Assembly (NCBI GenBank): GCA_951406725.2
Contig: OX597816.1
Span: 120,466,001 to 120,530,000 of the forward strand
Length of the DNA stretch: 64,000 nt
From: Octopus vulgaris
Taxonomy: Eukaryota
Direction of reading: 5' to 3'
Under the pieces are notes generated by a model that saw only the letters and a program-made list of their open reading frames with translations, was not told where the DNA came from and searched no databases. Both the position numbers and the translations under genes were made by a program. Below, in pieces: positions 37,666 to 52,186 of this stretch. Every line of letters starts with the position of its first letter. Within the stretch, counting starts at the first letter, position 1.

Positions 37666-38446
37666 CTGTTTGAAATTTCGGCGCAGGGCCAGTCATTTTA
37701 GAGTAGGGATAAGTCACATCGACCCCAGTGCTCAAATGGTACTTATATTATTGACCTAAAATGATGAAAGGCTAAGTGGGCCTCGGTAGAGGTCGAACTC
37801 AGAATGTGAAATACGAATAATAATGATAATAATAAAAACACGTTGTTGCGATGTTTTTTTGCATTAACAGAACGCTTGCTACCGAACTTCTAACGAAACT
37901 GGATTTACCATGGATAGGAAAAGTTGCTATCGCCTGTTTTATTTAGTTAACAAGGCACTTGTTAATGTCGCGAGTTCACTAGGAAACTGTGGACTAAAAA
38001 ACATAGTTCAACTTATACATTTATTTATATCTTTGCAAATCCTTTGTACACGTTGCTAGAGATTCAATACACCTGCTGCTTATGAGGGAGTGGGAGGAGA
38101 TGGTGAGCGCAGGAATTGTTATAACGAATAGGACACAAAGAAAATGTTGAAAGGAAAGCTACACTAAAAAACAGTTCCAACCTACAATATGTTGGCAATG
38201 ATCGTATAATCTTAAATGATTGTAAGTTCTTTGTTCTTAATGTCTAGGAAAGGTGAATGTGATTCTCGCCATCAGCATGCAAAAACATCAGGTCTATTGT
38301 TTTTCTGAAGATCATTTGGTCAAAATTTCTCCAACTTTTAGTAGCTTGAAGAAATTTAATAAGGTCCATACGCATACATACATACATACATACATACATA
38401 CAAACATACATACATACATACATACATACATACATACATACATACA

Positions 38447-38478
<32 letters not shown>

Positions 38479-39389
38479 AATATGAATCTATAACTACAAA
38501 GAATTACACTTTAAAAGTACAGATAATAAAGCTTATGATAGTTTCAATAACAAAAACAATAAAAACAGCTCTGCTTCCTTTGGAAGTTTTAGAGAAGAGG
38601 CTTGTCAGGGGTCAACTCCGGTTATAGAAATCAAGTGAGGGAAGGATATTCCACAAAACTCAGTTCCTTCTTGCTCGAGGAATTCCAAGGTGGAAAATAA
38701 CAAGACTATGCCTTTTTTTTTTCTTTAAAAAAATGGCGAGCCTCTCATAGGAAGCAACAGCAGTTGAAAGAGATCCTGACTGGTTGTAGTTATTGTTGGT
38801 TCTGTTGCTTCTTTTTCTTTTGTTGTTGTTGTTGTGTTTGTGTGTTTTGTCATTCTTATTGTTGTTGTTGCGAATTTGGTTAGTTTTGCTCTTCTGAAGT
38901 GTTGTGAGATTTGGTTGTTTGAAAATGCAGCTCTTTTGTTCTTTCGATCTTTTTATCTTTCTGCTTAGAATAGCCTTGTTTACAATTCTGGCGTTTCTCT
39001 TTTACGCTTTTACCTCGATCTCATCGTAGATGTGTCGATGAGGACCGTGGTAGATATTGGGGCGTGGTGTATTTGCATACGTGTGGCAGTGCATATATTT
39101 GTTTTTCATCCTATAAAAGAGTACAAGTTTAGAGACATTTTGGAGGTTTGACTCGTCATTGTTGTTGCCTGTTTCTTGTGACAAGGGATCGTGGTTCGTA
39201 TTGCAATTATTATTCTTGTTATTGTTGGTACTGCTGCTGCTGCTCTGGTTGCTACTCCAGCTGTTGTTGATGTTTTGGATGATGTTCTTGTTGCTGCTAC
39301 TGTTATTTGCACTGCTTTTGTTATTACAGCTGATGTTGCTCGTCTTTCTTTTGTCAGTGCATTCTGCTGTTGTAATTGTAATTCAGCAA

Positions 39390-39520
39390 GAATGTTACCA
39401 CAAAAATGTCCGGTTTCCACAACAATGTCCGGTTTCCAATGTCTGGTCAAATATCGCACTGTATCATTGTATCCCACAGGATTTTGCAATTTTCATTCTC
39501 GTTGACTCCTAAGGTTTGAT
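39390..39520 (-). mobile_element. Short Dong family-C fragment
   Basis: Reverse complement matches 31812-31920 (AAAATCCTGTGGGAT.CAATGATACAGTGCGAT...CATTGGAAACCGGACATTGTTGTGG). Confidence 0.8.
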
Positions 39521-39796
39521 CATTAAGTAGTTTTAGTCTGAAAAATATAATTCGCTGTTTCGAGTTTTTTGACTCTTGTCAATGAGATGTACCTAGAATA
39601 TAGCTAAACTATACCTAAGATATACCTTTATATATATGCGTGTATATATATATATATATGTATATATATATACACACATATATATAAAAGTATATCTTAG
39701 GTATATATATATGTATATATATATATACATGTATTATGTGTGTGTGTGTGCGTGAGCGTGTGTGTGTATGTGTGTTTACATATATACATGTATGTA

Positions 39797-39830
<34 letters not shown>

Positions 39831-40109
39831 CATGTGTATACGTTTATATATATATTCTGTTTTTTTTCTATGTTTTTGTTTTTATGTTTTCGTTTCTCAT
39901 TGTGTTCCACGTTTTTTTTATGTCCTGTATATATACATATATATGTAGGTATGTACATATATGTATGTATATATGAATATATTTATATTATTATATGATC
40001 GAACGCCACGCATCCTTTTCCAAGTAAGTTTTATCTTATATATATATATATATATGGATGTATATATATGTATATATATATATATGGATGTGTATATATA
40101 TATATATGG

Positions 40110-40141
<32 letters not shown>

Positions 40142-40145
<4 letters not shown>

Positions 40146-40860
40146 ACCGACCCATCTCCGATTGACTATTGACTTTTGGGTTGAGGTGGTGGATCCGTAT
40201 AACTTCTTTGATTTGAAGATTTGTGTTATTGACATGATCTGGAAAAGTCGACAGTAGGACTCGCCGGAGTCTGGACATGGGCCACAAGGATTTGTAAAAT
40301 GGCCTCCGTATGACAGAGACTATGGGTCTGGTGTGGAGGTCAGGTTCTTGCTTGTGCGCCTTGATAAGGTGGTAAAATGAAGGCGTCTGACTGTTGCGTG
40401 AAGTGAGGTCCCTTTTGATGCGCACTGGGAGTTTACATTGGTTACCGATGTTGGTCCAGATGTTGGTGATCAGGTTCTCCAGCACTGTCGTAGTAACTCC
40501 AGTAACATTAGCATAGATACTGTGGTTGTTAAGGTGTTGGAACTCTAAATTGTTATATGTGTCCTGTGGGATGACGCAAAACTCTGTTTTTGTTGGAGAG
40601 AAGGTAGCCCAGATTTCACGATTGAGTCGTTTTTTAATGTGGTGATTTTTGTCCTAGAAAGGGAAGGAATTGCCTTATTTGTCCAGGATGTTGAAGAGGG
40701 ACTGTTTCAGCCTAGATAATTTGCTGTCAAATTGGTGGTTGGTAGGGGTAGGTGTAGTGTGATGTCAGGGTGGTAGATGGGAAATTTATGGAGAATGACA
40801 CGGTGGGGTCAGCGGGGGCATCAGGGTTAAGGATTCAGTGAGGTCTGCGATTAAGGGAAC
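40142..40860 (-). mobile_element. Penelope-like element fragment, internally deleted
   Basis: TPSFYHLIKAHK...RPIVS....PFY (PLE RT N-terminal motifs) fused to LQIKEVIRIHHLNPKVN (GIY-YIG C-terminus). Abuts (TA)n. Confidence 0.8.
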
Positions 40861-41255
40861 GTACGTATGTATATATGTATGTATGCGCAAACATATTATT
40901 ATCATAAAATGTCAAGGAAAGCAATACACATAAGCATATATGTATATTTTCGATAGGTGTGTATTTATTGAAATTATGCATACTAGGAACTCAAAGCTAT
41001 ATGAAATGGTAGAAGCAGTTTTAAGAGTATATAATTTGCTTCTTGTCGTTCACAACAAAACTATAGTTTATCGGGCGTTTCTTGTATTTTCTTTTTCTCG
41101 TTTAAACTGCAAAAAGTTATATCAAAAAGTTATATAAAAAATATTAATAACACATAATGATAGAAATGAAACCAGTAATATTAAAGAAGCAATATAAGCA
41201 CATGTATGTGAGTGGGTGTGTGCGTATACATACTTACATACAAACGTATACATAC

Positions 41256-41320
<65 letters not shown>

Positions 41321-41435
41321 TGTATGTATACAAACGTATACATACATATACATATATATATATATATATAAATATATAAATATATATATAAATATATATA
41401 TATATTATATATATATTATATATAAATATGCACAC

Positions 41436-41688
<253 letters not shown>

Positions 41689-42303
41689 TCCTGGCTAAGA
41701 AGGAATATATTCACAGACATGACAGAGTTGGAACCTACATACATTGGAAGCTATGCCAACATTATGGAATAACAACAGAAAAAAGATGGTATAGGCACAC
41801 ACCAGAAAAGGTCACAGAAAACGAGAAAGCAACCATACTCTGGGATATGCCGATACACACAGATAGAGAAATTAAGGCCAACAGACCAGATATAGTTGTC
41901 AGAGATCATGAAGAAAAAAAATGCTTTTTAATTGATGTATCAATACCGGCAGATGACAACGTGTCTCTAAAAGAAATGGAGAAACTCTCAAAATACAAAG
42001 ACCTGGAAATAGAGGTAACTAGAATGTGGAATCTGAAAACAGAAACAATTCCTATCATAGTAGGTGCATTAGGCATGATAAAAAAATATTCAGACAAATA
42101 CATAACAAAAACACCAGGACTTACAAACACATATAACATACAGAAAATTGCACTACTAGGCACTGCCCACATCCTACGCAGAACACTTTCCATACAATAA
42201 CCATCAGAGCATCACAACAAATCACAGCACATACCCAAGGCACACAGAGCTGCGCTCGGTAGTGAAGTGAAAGCACGCTATAAAAATAAAAATAAAACTA
42301 CTG
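41689..42303 (+). mobile_element. Dong family-A 3' end
   Basis: Nearly identical to 36262-36869. Flanked by (AAT)(GAT)(AAT) at 41439-41688 and (AAT)n at 42304. Confidence 0.97.
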
Positions 42304-42829
42304 AATAATAATAATAATAATATGATGGCAGTGATGATAATAAGTGGCAAAAACTGATACTTGAGTCAGGTATCTAGACTGGATACTAGACTGTTATGGC
42401 GAAATGCGAGGAAAATTATTCACACTTATAATCTCGTCCATCTTAAGTTTTGAAATATATTCTACTTACATATATAACTTATTTGGTGATATGGTATTTA
42501 TTAAAGAATCATCCACAAGCACACAATTACACATACACTTGCTCATATACTTAAGTATATATGAAGAGTTAAAGAACTCTATGCATCCACACGCCCATCA
42601 TACATGTATACAGGATTCTGCCTAAATAAAAATATTCTTTTCTAGTTTAGTAACACAGCCAATAAATTTGGAGTGAGCAAGTACCAGCTACGCCTATAAT
42701 TGACTGATGTGAAAGAATGAAAAGCAAAGTTAATCCCAACAGAATTCGATCTCAGAACGAAAAGAAATACCACTTAGTATTTATCGTTTTTACAACGTTC
42801 TAACAATTCTGCCAGTCCAGCCAATGAAG

Positions 42830-43370
42830 GTGGAAACAAATATTTAAGCTTGTATACAAGACTAAAGGTTTTGATAAATGCTACTAAAACGTGTGTGGTT
42901 GGCATCGTATTTTACAATGTTGGAATAATGAGATGAACGAAAGAGACAGAAAAAAGGAGAAAACCTTATTGATGTATGGAGTGCTTCATGCAAAGGCAAA
43001 TGTCTCACTTATACGTGAAACGGAAGATCGGAAGGAGAGGAATTATCAGTTTTTCTAACTGTATAGAAGGTAAGCAAAAGTCAGTACACCTCCACTTTGT
43101 AAGAAGCGAAGAACTACCTAAAAATAAAGTAACAGAACTGGGACTTATCTGTATTGAACTTGAAGAGAAGCATACCGAAGTGTGATAATTTGTGAAAGGG
43201 GGAAAAAACAAGGTAGAAGAAATGAATTTATATGGATTGTTCCAAAGAGACCTGTAACATGTGAAACATCATGATTTACCCAGGGGAATGGCTCCTGCAT
43301 GGAGATTTAAAGAGTCCTTTGAGATGAATTATGATTTGTGCAAAGATTTTGTTTAAAGTAAAGAAGAGTT
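42830..43370 (+). mobile_element. Degenerate Dong-type thumb fragment
   Basis: LMYGVLHAKANV.HLYVKRKIGRRGII motif. Confidence 0.6.
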
Positions 43371-43674
43371 GCACACCGTCAGTCTCACTTCCTAGTTCGT
43401 GAAAATCTTCAATCACGTGGCAAGACCAGGTCAAAACGATTGAGGATGGAGACAGGTGCAGTGGATGACCAAGATGTCTTACTTGCCTCGTCTTGTTCTA
43501 CGCACTCCAGAGTACAGTGTTGCAATTGCTTTAATCTCCGTTGAACCATGAAGGTTTCTTCTGCTGAACCCGCCGTATACAGTCTTTACAATCGTAGGTA
43601 GGCAGACCCTAATACACTATTTAAATCATAGCTTCGAGTCTATAGTTCTACTATATATATATATATATTAATAA

Positions 43675-44095
43675 TGTATTATTATTAATATTGGGAAATC
43701 AATATCAGAAAACTCCTTAGAAAGATATACACGTGTGAAAAATAATTGTTGTATTAAAAATATATAAATAAATGAATATAAATATGTATAAAAATATATG
43801 CAAATATGTATAAGTATAAATATATAAAGTATATGCCAGTTTAAAAGTTTTGAATTAAGCATTTAAAGCATATAGTTCATAATATAAAATCAAATTACAT
43901 TTTAAATTATATGTGAAGTTATAGAATTATAAATTGATCAAAATATACATTATATATTTATACTTATACATATTTACATATATTTTTATACATATTTATA
44001 TTTATTTATTTATATATTTTCAATACAACAATTATTTTTCACACGTGTATATTTTCTAAGGAGTTTCTGATCCTAGTATTAAGAATAATAAATTA
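43675..44095. mobile_element. AT-rich fold-back element in (TA)n
   Basis: About 130-bp arms ATCAGAAAACTCCTTAGAAAGATATACACGTGTGAAAAATAATTGTTGTATT... and ...AATACAACAATTATTTTTCACACGTGTATATTTTCTAAGGAGTTTCTGAT. Confidence 0.8.
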
Positions 44096-44147
44096 TATAT
44101 ATATATATATGTGTGTGTGTGTATGTGTGTGTGTGTGTGTGTGTTTA

Positions 44148-44207
<60 letters not shown>

Positions 44208-44211
<4 letters not shown>

Positions 44212-44476
44212 ATTATATACATAATTATAACAAGGGATTGGTTAACCAAAAGTTTAATTCATTATCTTTCTTTTGCTCGCCTACAACCCAGTGTGTTATT
44301 CTCGGAGATTTTAAGGTTGTAATAGTGTCTTTTGGCGCCTATTTTTCCAACGCGTGGAGAGGCTTATAGCCAATCCCTTATAATAATGTATATAATTATA
44401 AAATAATCGAAAAATTTACCTATAAGATTTTTATTTCCGCACTCATCCCTGGTGAAATCATTAATGATTTTTACCC
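44208..44476. mobile_element. Short inverted-repeat element with a one-sided tail
   Basis: TAATTATATACAT..AAGGGATTGGTTA / TAGCCAATCCCTT..ATGTATATAATTA, then a ~75-bp tail resembling the reverse complement of 47360-47415. Confidence 0.6.
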
Positions 44477-44477
44477 T

Positions 44478-44578
<101 letters not shown>

Positions 44579-45068
44579 ATTATTATTATTATTCTTCTTC
44601 TTCTTCTTATTATTATTATTATTATTACTATTATTATTATTATTATATGTGTGCGTGTATGTATATATATATATATATATATATGAGTATGTATATATAT
44701 ATATATATATATATACATACACACATACATACATGCATATATACATACATACATACATACATACATACATACATACATACATACAAAGTGGGTTAAAAGT
44801 TACAAAATCACGCTCCAATTAAAGTTCAATATGCTCCGGAACTGTCAAAGACATGCCTCAATTGTTCTAAAATTGAAAATAAATGATAAATGCACACATA
44901 CTTGTACATTATAAACAAAATAAATAATAAAAGTAACGTAATATAAAATGACCGTGTATGTGTGTGTGTGTGTGTGTGCGCGCGTGCACACGCTTGCGTA
45001 TGTACGTGTGTGTCTCTGTATCTGTGCGTCTGTCCGTGTGTGTATACGCTTATACATATATCAGACAT

Positions 45069-45104
<36 letters not shown>

Positions 45105-45248
45105 GCACATGAATACATATATAATTCTGTCGTGCAACTCTATATATCCAAAATCTATCACTCAACTTGTTTTACTAATCTGCGATTCAGTACCGATCTC
45201 TTTTTCTCTTCTCTCTCTGACTCACCCCTGACGGCTATATGTCACTAC

Positions 45249-45385
<137 letters not shown>

Positions 45386-46097
45386 TATATACATATATAT
45401 ATATATATAGTTACACCCCCAAACACATACGCCCCCCCCCCCACACACACATACACTACACACACGTGACAGATGTTTTTATGTTCAACCTTCGAGACAC
45501 TTGTCTTTCATCGAGAAGTAAGATTATTATTGTTATTCTTTTTAGGTCTTGTGCCCATAGTAGAAAAGTATTATTTTCATATTATACTTCGCAATCGACT
45601 CTGCGTTAGTAGTATATTGATGGTTATGATGGAAATGGGTTGATAGCAATAGTATTAGCTGTAGTTTTGATAGAGGTGGAGGCGACGGTGATGATAGTGG
45701 TGGTGGTCAGTCAGTGATGACGGTGATAGTAAGTGATGTGAAAGACAGTGGTGATGGTGGTTGAGCGGAAGGCGACGAAGTCAAAGGTATTGATGGTGGT
45801 GGCGACAGAAGTCTGAATGGTATTTGTATGGCAGTTGATGGTGGTGGTTGAAAACAGTTAACAGAAAGAGAGAGAGAGAGAAAAAGGTTAAACATAAAAA
45901 AAATTGTACTGACCCCAGAATGGGAAGACAAAAAAATGTTGTTTATCATGCAGCTTGGCAATAAGTCCCAAGTCGACAAATTATATTATTGTTTTGATGA
46001 AAACTGTTCCTTGCTTGAAAAATATTGGTCTCAATGCATGAAGAGACACCCTCAGGAGCCAGCTTAAAAGCTACCCGATGGACCGACTTTTAAGCTA

Positions 46098-46137
<40 letters not shown>

Positions 46138-46304
46138 GTACATGCATACATACATACATACATACATACATACATACATACATACATACATACATACATA
46201 CATACATACACATATATATATATATATATATATACTAGCATATATATATATGTGTGTGTGTGTGTGTACGTAAGTGTATATACGATTTATATATATATAT
46301 ATAT

Positions 46305-47263
<959 letters not shown>

Positions 47264-47278
47264 GTATATATATATATG

Positions 47279-47329
<51 letters not shown>

Positions 47330-47992
47330 GTGTGTATTTTTCCCTTGTTAACAATTACCACGGAAAAATAGATAAATAGTTACCAGGGTAGCAAAAAATA
47401 ACACAGGTAAAAACGTAAATTTAAGTCTTTCAAAAATAATTACACTAAAAATAAAATAACTAGTAGTAAAATAATTTGGTTAATTATTCCATACGGGAGA
47501 AAAATTAAATCTAACCTCCCATTGCAGTTTCGTGAAGCTATTATTCGGAATTTTCCAAAGAAATCTAGTTATTACTCTATTTAATCAACTCACATACTGT
47601 TAGGGTTGGTTTTTCCAACAGGAAAAATCTCTTACAAATTATCTCTTCACATAATAGCAACCTGTTAAATATTAATACATTTATTAATACTAACATTAAT
47701 TTAGCTAATACCATACATCTCTCTAGAAATATTAATAACAAGGTTATTGTATCTGAAGTTAGTTACAACAGAATCAAGCTTATGTCAAGTAACTCTAAAA
47801 TTAAAAATTCTATATACCAGTGTAAAATTACTGCTCGTAATCAAGTATATTTTTATACTGGAAGTACGTCGTCACGGTTATCTAGAGGAATTTCTAATCA
47901 TTACTCTACATTTACGGATAGGAATAAACGTAACAGTACAGGGCTTAGTAAATTAATTCAGGAACTAAAAGACCACAATAAACAGTTTAATT
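47330..47992 (+). mobile_element. Penelope-like (Naiad-like) GIY-YIG fragment preceded by an inverted pseudo-LTR
   Basis: NSIYQCKI..YFYTGST..R.SNHYSTF..KRNSTGLSKLI.ELK. Upstream 47330-47545 is non-coding and carries a minus-strand CGAAACTGCAAT hammerhead-half remnant. Confidence 0.75.
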
Positions 47993-48250
47993 TATTTATA
48001 TATATATATGCATACATATACACACATAAATCGTGTATATATATATATATATATACTCTTTTACTTTTTTACTTTTTCAGTCATTTGACTGTGGCCATGC
48101 TCGAAGAAATCGACCCCAGGACTTATTCTATCGGTCTCCTTTACAGGGACGTAACCACACTAGCATCAGTTGTCAAGCAATGTTGGGGGACAAACAGACA
48201 CACAAACATATACACACACACATACATACAGACATACACACATACATATA

Positions 48251-48339
<89 letters not shown>

Positions 48340-48829
48340 ACCTAGAAGTTGTCGAAGAAAGATTATCGTTACTCTCATTTAAACATTTATATCCTCATTG
48401 GTCTACATTTTGAAATGTGTTTTACTTAGATTTATAATTCATGGGACCAGTTCTAACTCATCATTAGTCTGATGTCGTCTGCTAATAGATGCAAATTTAC
48501 AGGTATGCACAGACACAAATAGTTATACTAAAACACACATAAGCACACATACAGACATATGTATGCATTTGTGTGTATGTGTGTATGTGTGTCTTGCCAT
48601 AAGAAATTGTGCAAACATGAAAACGATTAGAGAGTATTGAAAGACAGTGATTTATCACACTTACGGAAAGCTGAAAATCATTACTCACAATTTCACCTTT
48701 ACAAATTTCTGAGGGTGACAGTATTTCCTGAATGGAAAGCTATTTTTTTTTATTACTTCAAACTAGTTCCTTAGTTAAAATATAATTATTCATCGTTCAT
48801 ATTAAGACTATGATAACCACACACTTATT

Positions 48830-48895
<66 letters not shown>

Positions 48896-49081
48896 CAAAG
48901 AAGAAAGTAATGCCCAGGTGAACAGAGTGTGTGATTCAATTTTCACTTCCTGTCTGTACATATATGATACATTAATTTTCCCTTGTCTTGTCTTAATTGC
49001 CCTTCTGAACATTGAAACATCACCACACCTCTCTTTCCCTTCACTGAACTTCATTGGATTACGCAACCTATGAAATACATA

Positions 49082-49408
49082 CTATAAACAAACTTTGGAA
49101 GTATCGAATGTGGTCGGTATTTTGCAGACAAGAAAGTAAATTACGAACGCAATAAAGCTGTAAAGACAGCACAGAAATATTGGACATTTACCCATATAAG
49201 ACTGACAAAAACATTGCCAGAAGATAGCTGCGGGACTCGAACGCGTACCCCTCAGATACCGGATGAGTGCTCTAGCCATTAAGCTAAATGGTCCCGGTAT
49301 CCGGGGAGTATGACTTCGAGCCCCGTAGCTGCATTTCTAGCAACTTTTTTCCGTCTTCTCTGCTGTTCCTTACAGCTGTACTGCTTTCGAAAGTTATTTT
49401 CTAGTGGG

Positions 49409-49412
<4 letters not shown>
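49082..49412. mobile_element. Fold-back element containing a tRNA-like segment
   Basis: Imperfect arms ~49122-49262 / 49293-49412. Minus strand 49227-49286 reads TAGCTTAATGGCTAGAGC...GTTCGAGTCCCGC (A and B boxes). Confidence 0.7.
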
Positions 49413-49464
<52 letters not shown>

Positions 49465-49854
49465 AGAGAGAGAGAGAGAGAGAGGAAGAGAGAATTAAAG
49501 AAAAGAAATAAAAACGAAAAAGGAAAACGAAAGAAGAGACAGTAAGGGATAGTGTACCAGTTAGTGGTCAGTTGCGATAGTTTGAAAGTAGAAAGTAAAG
49601 GAGTGTCAATTGTGCAGAGATAGAGTCTAAGTAATGGGGCAGAGAGAAGGGTAGTAGTATGGAATGAAGAATTTAAGAATTTGGGTGGTTGGACAGGTCA
49701 GTGCTTAGTAGTAGAAAATATATATGTGATGTATACAGATGTTTATACATATCAATATCTACATATACAACTCTTACTCGTATGAATATGCACACATGCG
49801 CACCCATGTATACTGGAAATAGCAGTCGATAATGTACGATACTATAGTAAAGCT

Positions 49855-49963
<109 letters not shown>

Positions 49964-50384
49964 TGGCAAAAATGTTTGCAGGCGGCGAAAATAAAAAATT
50001 TCATCTTACCTTTAAGAAGAACATTAAATATATGTACAACCCAGATGTGGACAGTCTACGACCTAGATTTCGAACCAACCAAATTACGCTTGCTAACGTA
50101 AATTTGATTAGTTTCTCTTTGGCTAGATTCACCTAGACAAAATTTCGAATGTTTCTACATCAGTGCCAGTATACTCGTCTGAATGCTTGGCCATTAACAA
50201 ACCTAGAACAGTGAAAAAGTTTTCAAAGAAAAAAATACAGTAGTATTGCTTCCCAGTAAAACAAAGCACCATCAGGTTAAAGTATAAATATAGAATAGTG
50301 ATACAACAATGCAGCAATATTTACTGGGAATAGCAGTCGATAATATACGACACTATAGTAAAGCTTCACTGTATATATATATAT

Positions 50385-50575
50385 ATATATGTAACGTGGA
50401 GTAGATAAAACATGGACAACTGAAGAAGGGGAATATTCTTTATGTTGTATGTCTCGTTTCTCTGTTTTTTTCGTTGTTCGAAAAAAGTTCGTTTCCAAGT
50501 TTTTGTTTTTATGTTTTCGTTTCTCATTGTGTTCAACGTTTTTTCTTTGATGTCCTGTACCCATATATGCATGTG
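50385..50575. repeat. PLE-associated terminal-repeat fragment
   Basis: TTTTGTTTTTATGTTTTCGTTTCTCATTGTGTTC..ATGTCCTGTA is also present at 39870-39930 beside the PLE at 40142. Contains a CTGAAGAAGGGG hammerhead-like half. Confidence 0.6.
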
Positions 50576-50641
50576 TATATACATATATATGTACGTATGT
50601 ACATATATGTATGTATGGATATATTTATATATTATTTATAT

Positions 50642-50687
<46 letters not shown>

Positions 50688-50689
<2 letters not shown>

Positions 50690-51290
50690 GAGGGAGTTGA
50701 CAAACGAAAGAAGAGCACTCAACACATTTATTGATTTATTGGTAGTTACTTGTATAGATCAAAATAGTTTGATTCAGATTCCTTGGTACTCTGAGTTTCA
50801 AGCGTCTTGCTAGTTTTCGGCCATTTGAGTCTGACTGAGAGTTCGATTGAAGAGAGTCAATGTTTATTACTGGACGTTAGTCTGAGATTGGTCGATCAAG
50901 GTCACGCAGTATCGATGGTATTTTAGCGATAGCACTAGATGAAAAATTCTGCATACTCACCCGTATAAGTACTGTTGCATACACGCAGAAATATGGGCGT
51001 ATACATATACGTATATACATATATAACCCCACGTCTATCGCCCCTTCCTACTTCCCTCCAACCACACGACTGATATCTTGTCCACCACGTTGTCGATTTC
51101 CTGTTCACCACGCGTCAGTTTCCTGTTCACCATGCGGTATTTTCCATGTAAGTGCTGTTGTTGAAATACCATCAATAGAGCGTGACCTTTCTCGACCAAT
51201 TGCAGGCCAACGTCCAGTAATAAACATTGACTCTCTGCAATCGAACTCTCAGTCAGCCCCCAATGGCCGAAGACTAGCACGCGCTAGGAA
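50688..51290. mobile_element. Fold-back element with hammerhead motifs and a ~110-bp one-sided tail
   Basis: Arms ~50800-50955 / 51132-51286. + arm ends TGG CCGAAGA CTAGC-acgc-GCTAG GAAA. The minus copy continues GAAAC TCAGA GTA CCA. Confidence 0.85.
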
Positions 51291-51314
51291 AAAAAAAATA
51301 TATATGCTTGTATG

Positions 51315-51409
<95 letters not shown>

Positions 51410-51653
51410 GTGTGTGTGTCTTGGTGTTGTTTTTGTCCCGCACCACCGCTTGATCAACGGCTGTTGAGTTGTTACGTCCCAGTTACTAAGTGGTTCGGCC
51501 AAAGAGACCACTGGAATAAGTAACAGGCTTTAAAAAAATGTACTGGGATTGGTTTGTTCGACTAAACGCGTCGAGGCGGTGCCCCAGCATGATCACCGTT
51601 CTGTGTCTGAAACTTTATCCTATTTCCACTTTTCAAATAATTGATAAAGTTTA

Positions 51654-51891
51654 TTAATAGTTATCGCCAAGCTAATATAGCAGTCCAGAAATATAGGACG
51701 TATGCTGACCTCCCCTGTTCGAAGGTTCGTGCGTCACATAGCTAGCTAGAGGCGATGGCCTTTTGGAGCTAATCAACGGCAGCATTCGTCCTATATTTCT
51801 GGGCTGCCATATTAGCTTCGCGATAACTATTAATATCCAGTACCGCTGCCGTAGTCTTCTTTAGAGAGACTTAGAAATTTTAATATTTCTA
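51654..51891. mobile_element. Fold-back insertion with tail and a 12-bp TSD
   Basis: TGATAAAGTTTA at 51642-51653 and 51892-51903. Arms 51654-51707 / 51780-51833, tail 51834-51891. Confidence 0.85.
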
Positions 51892-52155
51892 TGATAAAGT
51901 TTACATTTTATTTTTATTTTACGTGAGTTAATTTATGATTTATATTTGAGTTAAACTTGAATACCAATTTTGTAAGCAATTCTACATAACGAAATCGCTT
52001 ATTCTAAAATACTTTTGCAGATTAAATGATTAAATGAGAGATGAAAGTGGCAGTCAGTAAGATCTGCTGAAGTTTACTTAGATGTATATGTGTGTATATC
52101 CATCCATCCATCCATCCATCCATCCATCCGTCCGTCCGTCCGTCCGTCCGTCTGC

Positions 52156-52186
<31 letters not shown>

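Noticed and set aside
49227-49286. Possible tRNA gene
   Set aside because: A and B boxes are present but there is no convincing acceptor stem or cloverleaf, and it is embedded in a fold-back element.
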